From contig NW_027139666.1 in the NCBI RefSeq assembly GCF_035084215.1, positions 2,232,001 to 2,296,000 of the forward strand: 64,000 nt of DNA. Direction: 5' to 3'. This DNA comes from Heptranchias perlo. Its lineage: Eukaryota. Below are positions 50,941 to 64,000 of this stretch, in pieces. Made by a program: the position numbers and the translations under genes. The notes beneath the pieces are model-generated. The model did no database searches. It was not told the DNA's origin and worked only from the letters and a program-made list of their open reading frames with translations. Position 1 is the first letter of the stretch. Each line of letters opens with the position of its first letter.

Positions 50941-53900
50941 CCACGGTATAGGGGTTCAGTCTCCGTGGAGGGGGTTTTCAGCTTTTACCTGAATACACGG
51001 ATCCATTCGTCCACATTCATGTTAGTGTTTGGCAAACACTGTCTGATGTCTTTCACACACCTGTCGAACCTTGCGGTCAGAGACGTAGGGGGTAATTTCA
51101 CATTCACATCTTGGGCGGTAAACTGACGGAGCAAAAATTAAAATCGGGCCGGTTCTGCAAGGGGCGGGTGAATCGCTCTACCAGTTCAGTTCCCAGTGAT
51201 GGTGAAAATTTCCCTCCACGTGTTATGAACCGATGCAATTTGAGAAAATGGACCAGCTTGTGGGCTTCGAAGATTGATACTAGGGCGGAGGTTAGGAAAG
51301 GTGTGGCCGATTTTAAGTATCCTCGCCTGGCGGAAATGGGGTGGTCGAGGCTTGTAAATGATATCAGGTTACTTACCGCCCCTTTAACACTGGCGTTCCT
51401 GGCTCCGCCATCGTTGGGTCATGTCCTGGGAAGAGCGGCCCGAGCAACACCCACCTGTTTCCGGTCAGGCCACGTGTAATATGTAAATCAGATTATTATG
51501 ACGTACAGGGGAAACCATTTAATGTTGGTTAAAAATGGGGGGAGGAGCCGCCCTTTAGATGGGCATTGAGTGGTCCAGAACACTGAGAAGTTTCTTTTTA
51601 ACAGATATTTTGTGGGCCAAGGAGGAGCAGGAGAGCTTTCCCATGGCCTGCTGTAGCCGTGTGAAATCTCCCGCCCCCTGATCGTCTCAGAAATGTATCA
51701 GGAGGTTTCCTTATAGATCTCTGTAACCAGGTCCAGCCTCATGTCCCATTAAACTCCCTGTTGTGAGTCAACATTGCTGCACAACAGCTCAGAGAGGAAA
51801 CGATCTCCGGAACTCCCCACTGGAGTTAGAAATTACATTAATATTTTACCAGTTAGTAACGGTCCGGGTGTTGGTCCATTATTATTCTGTTCTGGTCAAA
51901 ACAAATGTCCCAATAAACAGGACGCTGTCTGACCCTGACAGCTCACCCTCAGTCCATCCCACCGGGCAGTGTGTGTGATGGGAAATAATCATCAACCGAA
52001 AAGGAGTATTTGATTTTATTCATTACAGGATTAAACATTTAATATTGAAATCATATTATTTCCCGACTAAGAACAGCAAACCATTTCATGTTAGAATCAA
52101 ATCTTGTATTATTTCTCAAAAAGCATTTGTTGGATAAAATATAATTCCTGTCTGGTATTTCCAAATTTATTTGAAGTATTGGATTGATATCAGTTACTTC
52201 AGTGAACTCATTGGTGTCAATGGATAGTAAAATCAGGCGTAGTGAACAATGGGGTCCCAATCCGCTATCGCCGACTTACTCCACCGCCAAAGCGGAAAAT
52301 CCACTCTCATTCAGCAGTTTACAAAAATCTTATTCCAGCTGATTTGTAGAATCTCATGTGTTGGGGTTTGAATTGTGAAGCGGATTTTCTCCGCCAGTTT
52401 TACCGTCTCACAGAGACTCTCACCCTGAATCTGTGAAAAGGTTATGACCATGAACTGGGACTGGAGCCGAACATATCCCCAGTTACGGTGTGGCCTGGAC
52501 ACCCCATTCTCTCTGTTTTTTTCAGACAGTATTCAACCTTCAAAAACAGCACTCGAGAGAGAAAGCGAGACACACACTGTCAGTCTTACACTTCCTATCA
52601 GTATGTTCATAACACGGTTAATAGCAGTATCCAACCTTCATATACAGCACCGGAGAGTGAGAGAGAAAGGGAGACAGATACTGTGACAGAACGAGCGGAG
52701 AGGCACAGTGCAACAGTATCAGTTCCAGACTGACTTGTAAAGTTGCTTTTTATCCAGAAATTCCCGTTGTAGAGACAGAAGATGCAGTCTTGTCTCTCAC
52801 TGATATACCAGAGACGGACACACTATTAATCCCACACTCAGGGACAGTGCAGAGAGTGACCAAAACAATGTGGGCCGAATTTAACCCTCTCTTGCCTGTT
52901 GTACTACATTCGGTTTTGCAGATCAGGGCCGTTCGCTATTACTCTCAGTTACCGAGAGTTTCAATCTGATTATATTAATATGGGACTGTTGCTGTCAGAT
53001 ATTAATCCTACACGCTCCCAGCAAATACACGGACTCCGACTTTCATCCCTTTTTTCTCCAGGATTGGTTTGAGAAATCCTGCATCCAGTTTCGGAGTCAC
53101 ACGTTAATTAATGGTTAATGGGGCCAAGAATGAACAGAATCCATTGGCTCTTTTCAAAACGTCCCACTTTATCTATGAAAGACTATTACCATCAAAAGAT
53201 ACCGAGAGAAACAGCAGGGATGGAAACATCTAGTTTCATAGTTAGAGATTGTAAAGTCAGTCTGGATTCCAGCGTGAGGCACTGGTGGAATCCCATCTCT
53301 TTCCCATTCTGGTGCCTGTTCCTGCACTGCCTGTGGACCCATTCCCTCTGACCTTTCCCCCAGTCCCACTTTCTTTGCTCAGACTCTGAAAAATTCCAAT
53401 TGGGGAAAGTTTCCATCGATTTTTGTATTGGGAATTAAACCAGATATCTGCGCATGCGTGACTCAGCGCCGCCCCCCGTGCTGCTTGTTGGTGAGCGGAA
53501 GAGCGCATGCGCGATCCCCTCCCCCTGCTCGGCCTATTGGGGCCATTCCCTCAGTGAGCGGCAGAAGATGGTTTAAAACAGCCGAGAATGGAGTGATCAC
53601 GGCCCCCGGGGGAAGGGAGCAAAGAGCAGCCTCGTTACAGCAGCTCATCGCTTCGGGACCGTGTCCGCAGATGGACTCAGAGATCGGTATTGAGTCCGGG
53701 GGAACGTCAGGGGAAGTCCGGGGGCTTTTCATAAGAGGCGGAGTGGATCAGGAACTTGTCCCGGAACATGGAGTGAGAGGGGGAAGGGAGAGGTCATTCT
53801 CGGGCTTTGGGTGTACAGGGTGTGTCCAGGGGAAGGGAGACAGAATGGGAAGAAACTGCTATTTAAAATCATTGCTGCTTTCTCTCCCCAGACCAGTAGT

Positions 53901-55549
53901 GAATGTTCCAGGTTTAGTTCCAGTCTCACCCTGTTTGTTGTTTTTGGAGAGTGAAGATTGGAAACAGAGTCGGACAGTAAGGATGTGTGGACTTATACAA
54001 AGAGCATCTATTGAAGGCACCAGGTGAGAAGTGTGAAGGACACAATTTAAACAACTGCTGTTATATTTCTGTTGAAAGGTTATTCTCCTGGGAGCGGGAA
54101 TTAGAAACCTGACCTGTACAAAGTCCCCGCCCCATCGGGTAGTCCCATTCATGGATCAGTGCAGGGGTTGGGTTGAGTCTGGATGTCACTAAATTGTTGT
54201 AAAACAGCCCAACACACCTGGTGTGCAGAAGCTGAGTGCTGCAGTACTGCAGTGGAGTCAGACACTGACACTCTTTGTATCGCTGATTTACATAATTATC
54301 ATTAACAGAGCTATTAAACTTATCACTTTTGTATTTTCTACCTCACTGGTTCTGGAGTTACAACAGTTACTTTTTTCTTCTGACAGAAAAATATTTGAAG
54401 GGCCAAGAATAAATGTGATGCTTCCTCCATCCTAGGCACAAGGAACAGTGCAGCCAGCTCCTCCTCACACACAGTAGGTACGTTATCATTCACGGAGACA
54501 CAGACAGGTCATCAGTTCCACAGTCTCAGACAGCAGAAGCAGTCAGTCACAAACTGATCCCAATATCCGGAGGCACATTTTCAATCCAACACGGAAACAG
54601 AGCAGGTGAGGCAGACGCTGTTTCCATTTCCCCCTAACTCAGTACCACTGACAGGTAGATACAAAAATCCCAGTCCAAAATCATGCTTTAAGATTGTCAA
54701 TCCCACAGTAGGTTAACAGTAGCTACGAATTAAATACCAGATAGTAATCACACATGGTGCCCGATTGAAAGGTACGGAATGAATTGCAATAATTTAACCC
54801 GAGATTCAAATTGAATACTTGACCAGAACTCTCACACACATGTGAGTTTAATACATGTCGTATCCATTCGAATAGTGTAGCATGAGATACAAATTGCATA
54901 CTGGTCCAAAACTCTCATCCAGTGTCAGATTGAGAAATGCTGTGACAGCGTAACATGAGAAACAAATTAGATATCAGTTTATAATGCAATCATGGTATGA
55001 GATTTAAAGATACAGTATCAATTCTATTAGTGCAGACTGAGATACACATTACACAGCAGTCCAAAAATGTAATCATATCAGTTTGAAAGATACATTATCA
55101 TTCAAATTTGTGTTCAGAGATACAGATTTAATCATAGTCCAAAAAGCACACAAATTATCTGATTAAAAACCTCCAGCATCTTATCCGAAAGTGCATCCAT
55201 ATTTACAAATTAAATAATGAGAAAAACTATTTAAACATTAAGATATTAAAGCTAAATTATTGAACGCTATAATACAAACAGAGAGAATAATTTTACAGAC
55301 ACAGAATGAATCCCACACTCGCAAACCGTACCAGAGACTGAGACATGCAGAAGGAATCTCAAACTCACATACAATACCAGAGACTGACAGATACTAAAAG
55401 TGAATCCCACACTCACACACAGCACCAGAGACTGACAGGTAAAGTATGAATCCCACACTCACACAAGCTACCTGAGACTGAGATACAGAAAGAATCCCAA
55501 ACTAACCTACAGTATGAGAAACTGCATATGTGGAAATAATACAACACAC

Positions 55550-56880
55550 ACACACAGCACTAGAGAAGGTATATACAGACAGAAACCCACACACAGTACC
55601 AGAGAAGGTATATACAGAGTGAATCCCACACACAGTACCAGAGAAGGTATATACAGAGTGAATCCCACACACAGTTCTAGAGATGGTATATACAGAGTAA
55701 ATCCCACAGACAGCACGAGAGAAGGTGTATACAGAATGAATCCCACACACAGCACAAGAGAAGGTGTATACAGAATGAATCCCACACACAGCACTAGAGA
55801 AGGTATATACAGAATGAATCCCACACACAGCACAAGAGAAGGTATATACAGAATGAATCCCACACACAGTACTGGAGAAGGTATATACAGAGTGAATCCC
55901 ACACACATTACTGGAGAAGGTATATACAGAGTGAATCCCACACACAGTACTGGAGAAGGTATATACAGAGTGAATTACACAGACAGCACGAGAGAAGGTG
56001 TATACAGAATGAATCCCACACACAGCACTAGAGAAGGTGTATACAGAATGAATCCCACACACAGCACTAGAGAAGGTATATACAGAATGAATCCCACACA
56101 CAGCACAAGAGAAGGTATATACAGAATGAATCCCACACACAGTACTGGAGAAGGTATATACAGAGTGAATCCCACACACATTACTGGAGAAGGTATATAC
56201 AGAGTGAATCCCACACACAGTACTGGAGAAGGTATATACAGAGTGAATCCCACACACAGTAATAGAGAAGGTATATACAGATTGAATCCCACACACAGTA
56301 ATAGAGAAGGATAATACAGAGTGAATGCCACACACAGTAATAGAATAGGTATGTACAGAATGAATGCCACACATAGTACCAGAGAAGGTATATACAGAGT
56401 GAATCCTGCACACAGTACCAGAGAAGGTATATACAGTATAATTTCCACACACAGTACCAGAGAAGGTGTATACAGACTGAATGCCACACACAGTACCAGA
56501 GAAGGTATATACAGAGTGAATCCCACACACAGTACTAGAGAAGGTATATACAGAATGAATCCCACACACAGTACTAGAGAAGGTATATACAGAGTGAATC
56601 CCACACACAGTACTAGAGAAGGTATATACAGAGTGAATCCCACTCACAGTACTAGAGAAGGTATATACAGAGTGAATCCCACACACAGTACTGGAGAAGG
56701 TATATACAAAGTGAATCCCACACACATTACTCGAGAAGGTATATACAGCATGAATCCCACACACAGTACTAGAGAAGGTATATACAGAGTGAATCCCACA
56801 CACAGTACTAGAGAAGGTATATACAGAATGAATCCCACTCACAGTACTAGAGAAGGTATATACAGAGTGAATCCCGCACT
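55550..56880. repeat. Young 39-bp minisatellite (~34 copies) derived from the 46-mer
   Basis: CACACAGTACTAGAGAAGGTATATACAGAGTGAATCCCA; highly homogeneous. Confidence 0.95.
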
Positions 56881-57654
56881 CACATAGAGTACCAGAGTGT
56901 GACAGATACAGAATCTATCCCACAATCACACACAGTACCAGAGACTGAGAGATCCCAAATGAATCTCACAGTCACCTACATTAGTACAGGCTGATTTACA
57001 CTTAACATACCAGACCAAATATCTCATAATGTCAGATTGAAAGATACATTATCAATTCCATTGGTGCAGACTGATCTACACATTACATATCACTACAAAA
57101 AAACTGACACAGATTCAGACTGAAATATACAGTATTCCATTCACACAGACTGAGCTACACATTATATACAAGTTCAAAAATGTCACCATATCAGTTTGGA
57201 AGACACACCAAATCACAATTGTGTTTCCATCGATACAGATTTAATAGAATTCCAAAAAGTGCCCACATTCTCTGATTATAACCTGCAACATTACATTTTG
57301 AAGTGTATCAGTATCTACCAATAACAGATTGGGGAACATATTCATACATTAAGTTATTAAAGTACAGTTTTGAATGCCGTACAATAAACGGAGATACAAT
57401 TTACTTAAATATAATGAATGAATCTCACACTCAGATACAGTGCCAGAGACTGACATGTACAATGAATCCCATGCTCACTCAATGTACCAGTGACTGGCAG
57501 ATCCAGAGTGAATGCCGCACTCACACACTGTGGTACAGACTGACAGATACAGAATTTATATCACTCACATACTGTATCAGAAATTAAGAGGTATGGAATG
57601 AATATCTCACTCACTTACAGCACCAGATACAAACAGAAACAGAATGAATCACTC

Positions 57655-57665
57655 ATACACGCGCG

Positions 57666-57700
<35 letters not shown>
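57655..57700. repeat. (CG)n(CA)n microsatellite
   Basis: ACACGCGCGCGCGCGCGCACACAC... Confidence 0.9.
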
Positions 57701-57702
<2 letters not shown>

Positions 57703-60700
57703 CCAGAGACCGATAGGAACACAATTAATCCCACACTCACATACAGTACCAGTGATTGAGAGATACAGAATGAATCCCACACTCGCACACAGTACCAGAG
57801 ACTGACAGATACAGAATGAATCCCACACTCAAACACAGAACCAGAGACTGACAGATACAGAATGAACCCCACACCCACACACAGTACCAGAGATTGACAG
57901 ATACAGACTGAATCCCACACTCACACACAATACCAGGGACTGAGAGATAAAGAATTAATCACACACTCACACACAGTACCACCGATTGACAGACACAGAA
58001 TTAATCTCACAGTCATGTTACTGCAGACTGAGTTGCACATCAGATACCAGTCCAAAAACCTCATAGTGCCTGATTGAAAGATGCAGTATCAATTCCATTA
58101 GTGCAGACTGAGCTACATTTTATATACATTGCAAAATACTCATACAGTATTATACTGAAACATACAGTATCAATACCATTGGTACAGACTGAGCTACACG
58201 TTACACACAAGTCCAAAAACCTCATAAATGATCAGACTGGAAGATGTAGTTTCAATTCTATTATCACAGACTGAGACACAGATTACATGGCAGTCCAACA
58301 ATCTCATAAATGATGACTGGAAGATTCAGTATCAATTCTATTAGCACAGACTGAACTACACATTACATATCAGTCCGAAAATCTCATACAATATTAGGCT
58401 GAAAGATACAGTATTAATTTCATTAGTGCAGACTGAACCACACATGATATAGCAGTCCAAGAATCTCAAAGAGTATCAGACTCAAAGATACAATATCAAT
58501 TCCATTAGCACAGACTGAGGTACATGTGACACACCAGTCCAAAAATCTCATAGAATATCACATTGAAAGATTCAGTATCACTTCCATTAGTGCAGACTGA
58601 GCTACATCTCACATTCCAGGCCAAAAATCTCATACAGTATCAGACCGATAGAGACAGTATCCACTCCTTTAGTGCAGGATGAGCTACATTTAATACCAGT
58701 TCAAAAATCTCATACAGTGTTCGACTCAGATACAGAATTAATTCCATCAGTGCAGACTGAGCTGCACACTACATACCAGTCCAATAATTTCACTGTGAAC
58801 AGATTGAAAGGTACATTATCATTCACAATAGAGTTCAGAGATTAAGATGTGATCCCACTCCAAAACTCACACACGTTGTTTGATTGAAGAAAATTAATAT
58901 TTACAGATTAAATACACGATGAAGAACTATATCATTTAAAGTGTTAAAGATACAGTTTCAAATACAATGCTGTAAACTGAAATAAGAATACAGAATGAAT
59001 CCAGACTTGCACATTGTCTCAGAGACTGAATTACAGAATGAATCCCAAACTGAGATAAAGCAGCAGAGATTTACAGATACAGAATGTATCCCACACTCAG
59101 ATACAACACCAGAGATTGACAGTTGCAGAGTTAATTCCACACTCACACATAGTACCAGAGACTGACTGATACAGAATGAACCCATCACTTATATGCAGTA
59201 CCTGAAACTGACAGATGCAGAATATACCCCATGCTCACACTCAAAAACAGAGTCTGACAGATACAGAATAAACCCCACCAGACACAGTACCAGAGACTGA
59301 CCTCTACTGGACGTAAGCGAGAACTGTAAAAGAGCGGAACCAATTCACATTTCCTGTCGTGGTTACAGAAACAGGACAATGTGCAATGTGAGGAAAGTTT
59401 CTGTCTGTAACTTTTATTCTCGTATTTTTGCACATTTTGATAGTGAAAAATGAAGTCAATTGATTCATAATAATTTTTTTGTTTTACTCATTCGATAGTT
59501 GTGAATTTGACCCATTATTTTTCACTTACATTGTGCAGTATTTCTCTCTAATTTCTCAGGATGATTTACATTGCTCCTCTGTCCCGTTTAGACTCTTAAT
59601 TTCCAAGCAGTATGTGGCCTCCTTAATCCCCCTGGCAAAATGCACCAGCTCACACCTTTCTATATTGAAATTCAATGGCCATTTACACGGCCGTTCTGCA
59701 AGCTGATTTTGTCGTAGTCTTCCTCGATATAGACAATATACCCGAAATTAATTACAAGAATTTAAAACAGCGTTGCAAGTAGTGTTTGGTCCAACAGCTC
59801 GTCTCCATTCCCAGTTTTTCTAAATCCCACTCGTGCAATATAATGTGAAGAATGAGTTGATCTTCTGTCCCTCTCTCATCTGCAAACTTCAATGATCCGG
59901 GATTTGGGAACATCTACTGGCCGGAAGCAGAACTGCAACAGTTCGGAACAAATTGCTGAAACCGGACAATGTGCAGTGTGAGCGTGTTTGTGATTGGTGC
60001 CAGGTACTAAATCAGATTTTTTTTCTACCTGCCCTGTTTGTGATTGAACAGTAAACAGAGCCGGACAGTAAGGATGTGGGGAGTTATACAAAGAGCATCT
60101 ATTGCAGGCATCATGTGAGAAATATGAAGGACACATTTTAAACAGCGGCTCTGTGGTTTTGGTTGAACTGTTAGCCCCATCATGGAGAGGGGATTAGAAG
60201 CCTGACCTGTGCAAAGGTCCCCGCCCCATCGGGTCGTCCCATTCATGGATCAGCGAAGGTGTTGGATTGTGTCTGGATGTCACTAAATTGTTGTAAAACA
60301 GCCCAACACACCTGGTGTACAGAAGCTGAGTGCTGCAGTACTGCAGTGGAGTCAGACACTGACACTGTTTGTATCACTGGTTTTCATTTGTGGATATTAC
60401 AATGATTATTAACAGAGAGATTCAATTGATCACTTTTGTATTTTCTACCTCACCTGTTCTTGAGTTACAAGACTTAATTTCTCTTTCTACAGGCAAATAC
60501 TTGAAGGACCCAGAATCAGTGTGATGTTTCCTCCGCAAGGAACAGTGCAGCCTGCTCCTTCTCACACACAGTATGTACATTATCACTCACAGAGCACAGA
60601 GACACAGTCAAGTCATCAGTTCCACATTCTCACACAGCAGAAATAGTCAGTCCCACAATGATCCCAATCCAACAGTCAAACAGAGCAGGAGAGACAGACG

Positions 60701-63700
60701 GAATTTCCATTTCTAAACAACTCAGTACCGCTGACCCGCAGATAAATAATTCCCAGTCCAAAATCACACCCAGTATCAGATTGAAAGGCATTGTGTTAAT
60801 CTCACATTAGTTCAGCCTTAGCTACAAATTAAATACCAGTTAGAACTGACACATGGGACCGATTGATAGATACAGAATGAATCACAATAGTGTACCCCGA
60901 GATTCAAATTAAATACCAGCCCACAACTCACACACATTATGAGTTTAAAGATGCAGTATTCATGCCAATAGTGTACACTGAGATACAAATTAGATACCAG
61001 TTCAGATGTTACCCATATTTGACTCACATATATGTCCACAGACTTCATAGTGTCAGAATGAAATGTACAGTGTCAATTCCTTTACTGCAGACTGAGGTAC
61101 ACATTAGATACCAGTCCAAAATTCTCATACAGTATCAGATTGAAAGATACAATATCAATTCCATTAATACAGATTGAGCTGCTCATTATATACCAGTGCA
61201 AAATTCACATGCAGTATCGTACTGAAATATACAGTTTCAATTCCTTTACAGCAGACTGAGGTACACAGTAGATGCCAGTCCAGAAATCACATTCAGTGTC
61301 AGACTGAAAGACACAGTGTCGATTTGACTCGTATCGACTGACCCACACGTTACATGCCAGTATACAAATCTCACACAGTATCAGACTGAAAGATACAGTA
61401 TCAATCCCATTAGTGCAGACTGAGCGACACATCATATACTGGTCTAAAAATCTCAGTGACAGGTTGAAAGATACAGTATTAATTCCAACAGTGCAGATTG
61501 AGCGACACATTATATATGGTCCAAAATTCGAATACAGTATCGTAATGAAAGATACAGTATCAATTTCATTACTGCAGACTGAGGTACACATTTGTTACCA
61601 GTCCAAAATTCTCATACAGTATCAGATTGAAAGATGCATTATCAATTCCATTAGTGCAGACTGAGCTACACATTACATAGAGTCCAAAAATCACATTCAG
61701 GGTCATGCTGAAAGATACAGTATCAATCCCAGTATTGCAGACTGAGCCACACCTTACAAACCAATCAAAATATATTACACGGTATTAGACTGAAAGGCAC
61801 AGTACGAATTCCATTAGTACAGACCCAGCTACATATTGTATGCAGTCCAAAATTCGTATATACATATTATCATATTGAAACATACAGTCTGAATCCTATT
61901 AGTGTAGACGAAGCTACACATTGCAAACGATTCCAATAATTACTTCAAACTCATGCTGAAAGGTATGGCATCAATTCCATTATTGCGGACTGAGTTATTC
62001 CTGACATACCAGTCCAAATATAGCACAAAGTGTCAGCCTGAAAGATAAAGTATCAATTCCATTAGCGCAGACTGAGCTACACAATAAATACCAGATCAAT
62101 AATTTCACGGTAAAATATCGAAATATACATTATCATTTGCAATAGTCTTTCAAGAGATTAAGATGTAATCCTACACCAAACCTCACACATTGTTTGATTG
62201 AAACAAAATACAGAAGTGTATCCATATTTAAAAAATAATGCTGGACAAAGGACCGTGCAAACATTAATGAAGTAAAGATACAGTTTCAAGTAACATGCTG
62301 TATCCTGAAATAAGAATACAGAACGAATCCAGACTTGCACTTTGTCCCAGAGACTGAGTTACAGAATGAATCCCACACTGAGATAAAATTCCAGAGACTT
62401 CCAGTCACAGAATGAATCCAACACTCACAGACAGCACCAGAGACTGACAGATACAGAATGAATCCCACACTCACACACAGTACCAGAGACTGACAAATTC
62501 AGAATTGATCCCACACTCACACAAAGTACCGGAGACTGACAAATTCAGTATTAATCCCACACTCACACAAAGTACCAGAGACTGACAGCTACAGAACGAA
62601 TCCCACACTCACACAAAGTACCAGAGACTGACAGATACAGAATGGATCCCACACTCACACAAAGTACCAGAGACTGACAAATTCAGAATGAATCAAACAC
62701 TCACATACAGTACCAGAGAATGACAGATAGAGAATTAATCTCACACTCACAGACAGTACTGGAGGCTGACAGATACAGAATGAATATACAGTCTGACATC
62801 GACTGGCCGTAAGCGAGACCTCGAACAGAGTGGAACAAATTCACATTGTCTGTCGTTACAGAAACAGGACAAAGTGCAATGTGAGGAAATAGTTTCTCTC
62901 TTTAACTTCTACTCTGTTTTTTTAAAATATTTTGACAGTGAAAAATTAAGACAACTGACCCATAATAAAGTTTTTGTTTTGTTGATTCAAAAGTTGTGAA
63001 TTTGCCCCATTATATTTCACTGTACATTGCGCAATATTTCTGTCTGATTTCTCAGGACATGAATTAGATTAATTCAAATAAATCGAACTAAAACACAAAT
63101 AAAAACTGAGCACAAAGCTGGAAGTTTTAATGGCGACCGTCAAAAGTGAAAGGGATAAAATAGAGAGAAAAAAATACCAAAAATGCTGGAAAGACTCAGC
63201 AGGTCCGGCAGCATATGTGGAGAAGGGAAGCTCGGGTTAACGGTTCAGGACTATGACCCTTCAATAGATCAGAAAGGTTAATCCGGCATAGTTTAAATAA
63301 GGGACGGGAATCAGCAGAGAGAAAAAACTTCAGAAAATCTATTAATTTCACTGAATCCGGGCAATTGTTTCCCGTGTCCACTGTACAGATCAGTGTAAAT
63401 AATAATACAAAGGGAAAGAGTTAAATTCAAAGTTATGGTGGAAAGAAATGACCTTTCAAAGTATTTTAAAAATATAAATAAGACCCGTTTGTGTTTTGGA
63501 AACACTATCCCTCTGAACATCATCAAATTCGGTTCCAGTCTTGGTGATTCTGAATTCAGCGTGCTGGGATTCAAACCTGTTGGAATGAACTGTTTGGAAG
63601 GGAGCTCTGCTCACCATTATAGCGCCTTATTTCACTAGGAGGGAAAAATCGAGTGTTTCTGTGGAGTTTGGGTTTGGGGTTTCTGGTACTTTAATCATAG

Positions 63701-64000
63701 ACAATAAATAGTTTCCAAACATCAGCCCCTGAACAGACACAAAAAGCTGGTAGAATTTCTCATTCATAGATATTAAATAAGAGGATGGCAAAAGCGAATA
63801 GGAAGAGGTTAGGAAGAAGTCACAAAAACAATTAGGGAAGCAAACAGGAACTACGAAATCAAATTATCAAGGAATATAAAAAGAAATAGTAAATTATTCC
63901 ACAGACACAAAAATAACAAAAGGAAAACCAGAATAGTTTGAGTGCCACTAAGGGATGCACAAGATAAACTCACAGGTAATGTCAGCGAAATGGCAGAAAT

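Larger units (their letters stand above)
52311..64000 (-). repeat. Inverted segmental duplication of the histone-locus unit, containing no histone genes
   Basis: Reverse-complement matches: 64000~13855, 60040~17400, 59300~26250, 54600~29945, 52311~32258. Confidence 0.92.

Noticed and set aside
51085-52300. Possible non-autonomous DNA transposon (GC-rich, GGGGTAATTT start)
   Set aside because: Could not establish terminal inverted repeats or a target-site duplication by eye; needs a Dfam search.
55502-56887. 446-aa and other long ORFs with 13-aa repeats
   Set aside because: By-product of a 39-bp unit (multiple of 3) that is open in several frames on both strands; no promoter, splice or domain evidence.

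Overview
Eukaryotic, vertebrate DNA, most likely a shark or other elasmobranch. This is inferred from HER1-type CR1 LINEs with (TTCTTATG)n tails, a KRAB-less 'MEKPWKC' C2H2 zinc-finger gene and an H2B with [13 protein letters not shown]; the species cannot be determined from the sequence. The window is a replication-dependent histone locus built from a segmentally duplicated unit: [46-bp and 82-bp minisatellite arrays] - [conserved ~2-kb non-coding module with an NRF1 promoter and conserved splice sites] - [histone genes] - [CTCF-like site]. Unit 1 (~1-13.4 kb) holds a full quintet: H1+, H4+, H3.2+, H2A-, H2B-. Later direct copies (to ~34.8 kb) keep only an H2A, a stop-loss H2B and a CR1-disrupted H2A pseudogene. 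Histone-free inverted copies occupy ~52.3-64 kb. The middle of the window contains a degenerate tRNA-Gly(TCC), a hAT/Buster remnant, a 13-finger ZNF gene with a near-full-length CR1 apparently inside an intron, several minisatellites, a second CpG-island promoter, and L2 and Tx1 fragments. The best candidate for an undescribed system is the non-histone cassette (NRF1-driven spliced RNA pointing into satellite DNA, plus CTCF sites), parts of which are kept in every copy while the histone genes are lost. All alignments were done by eye, so repeat boundaries are approximate.
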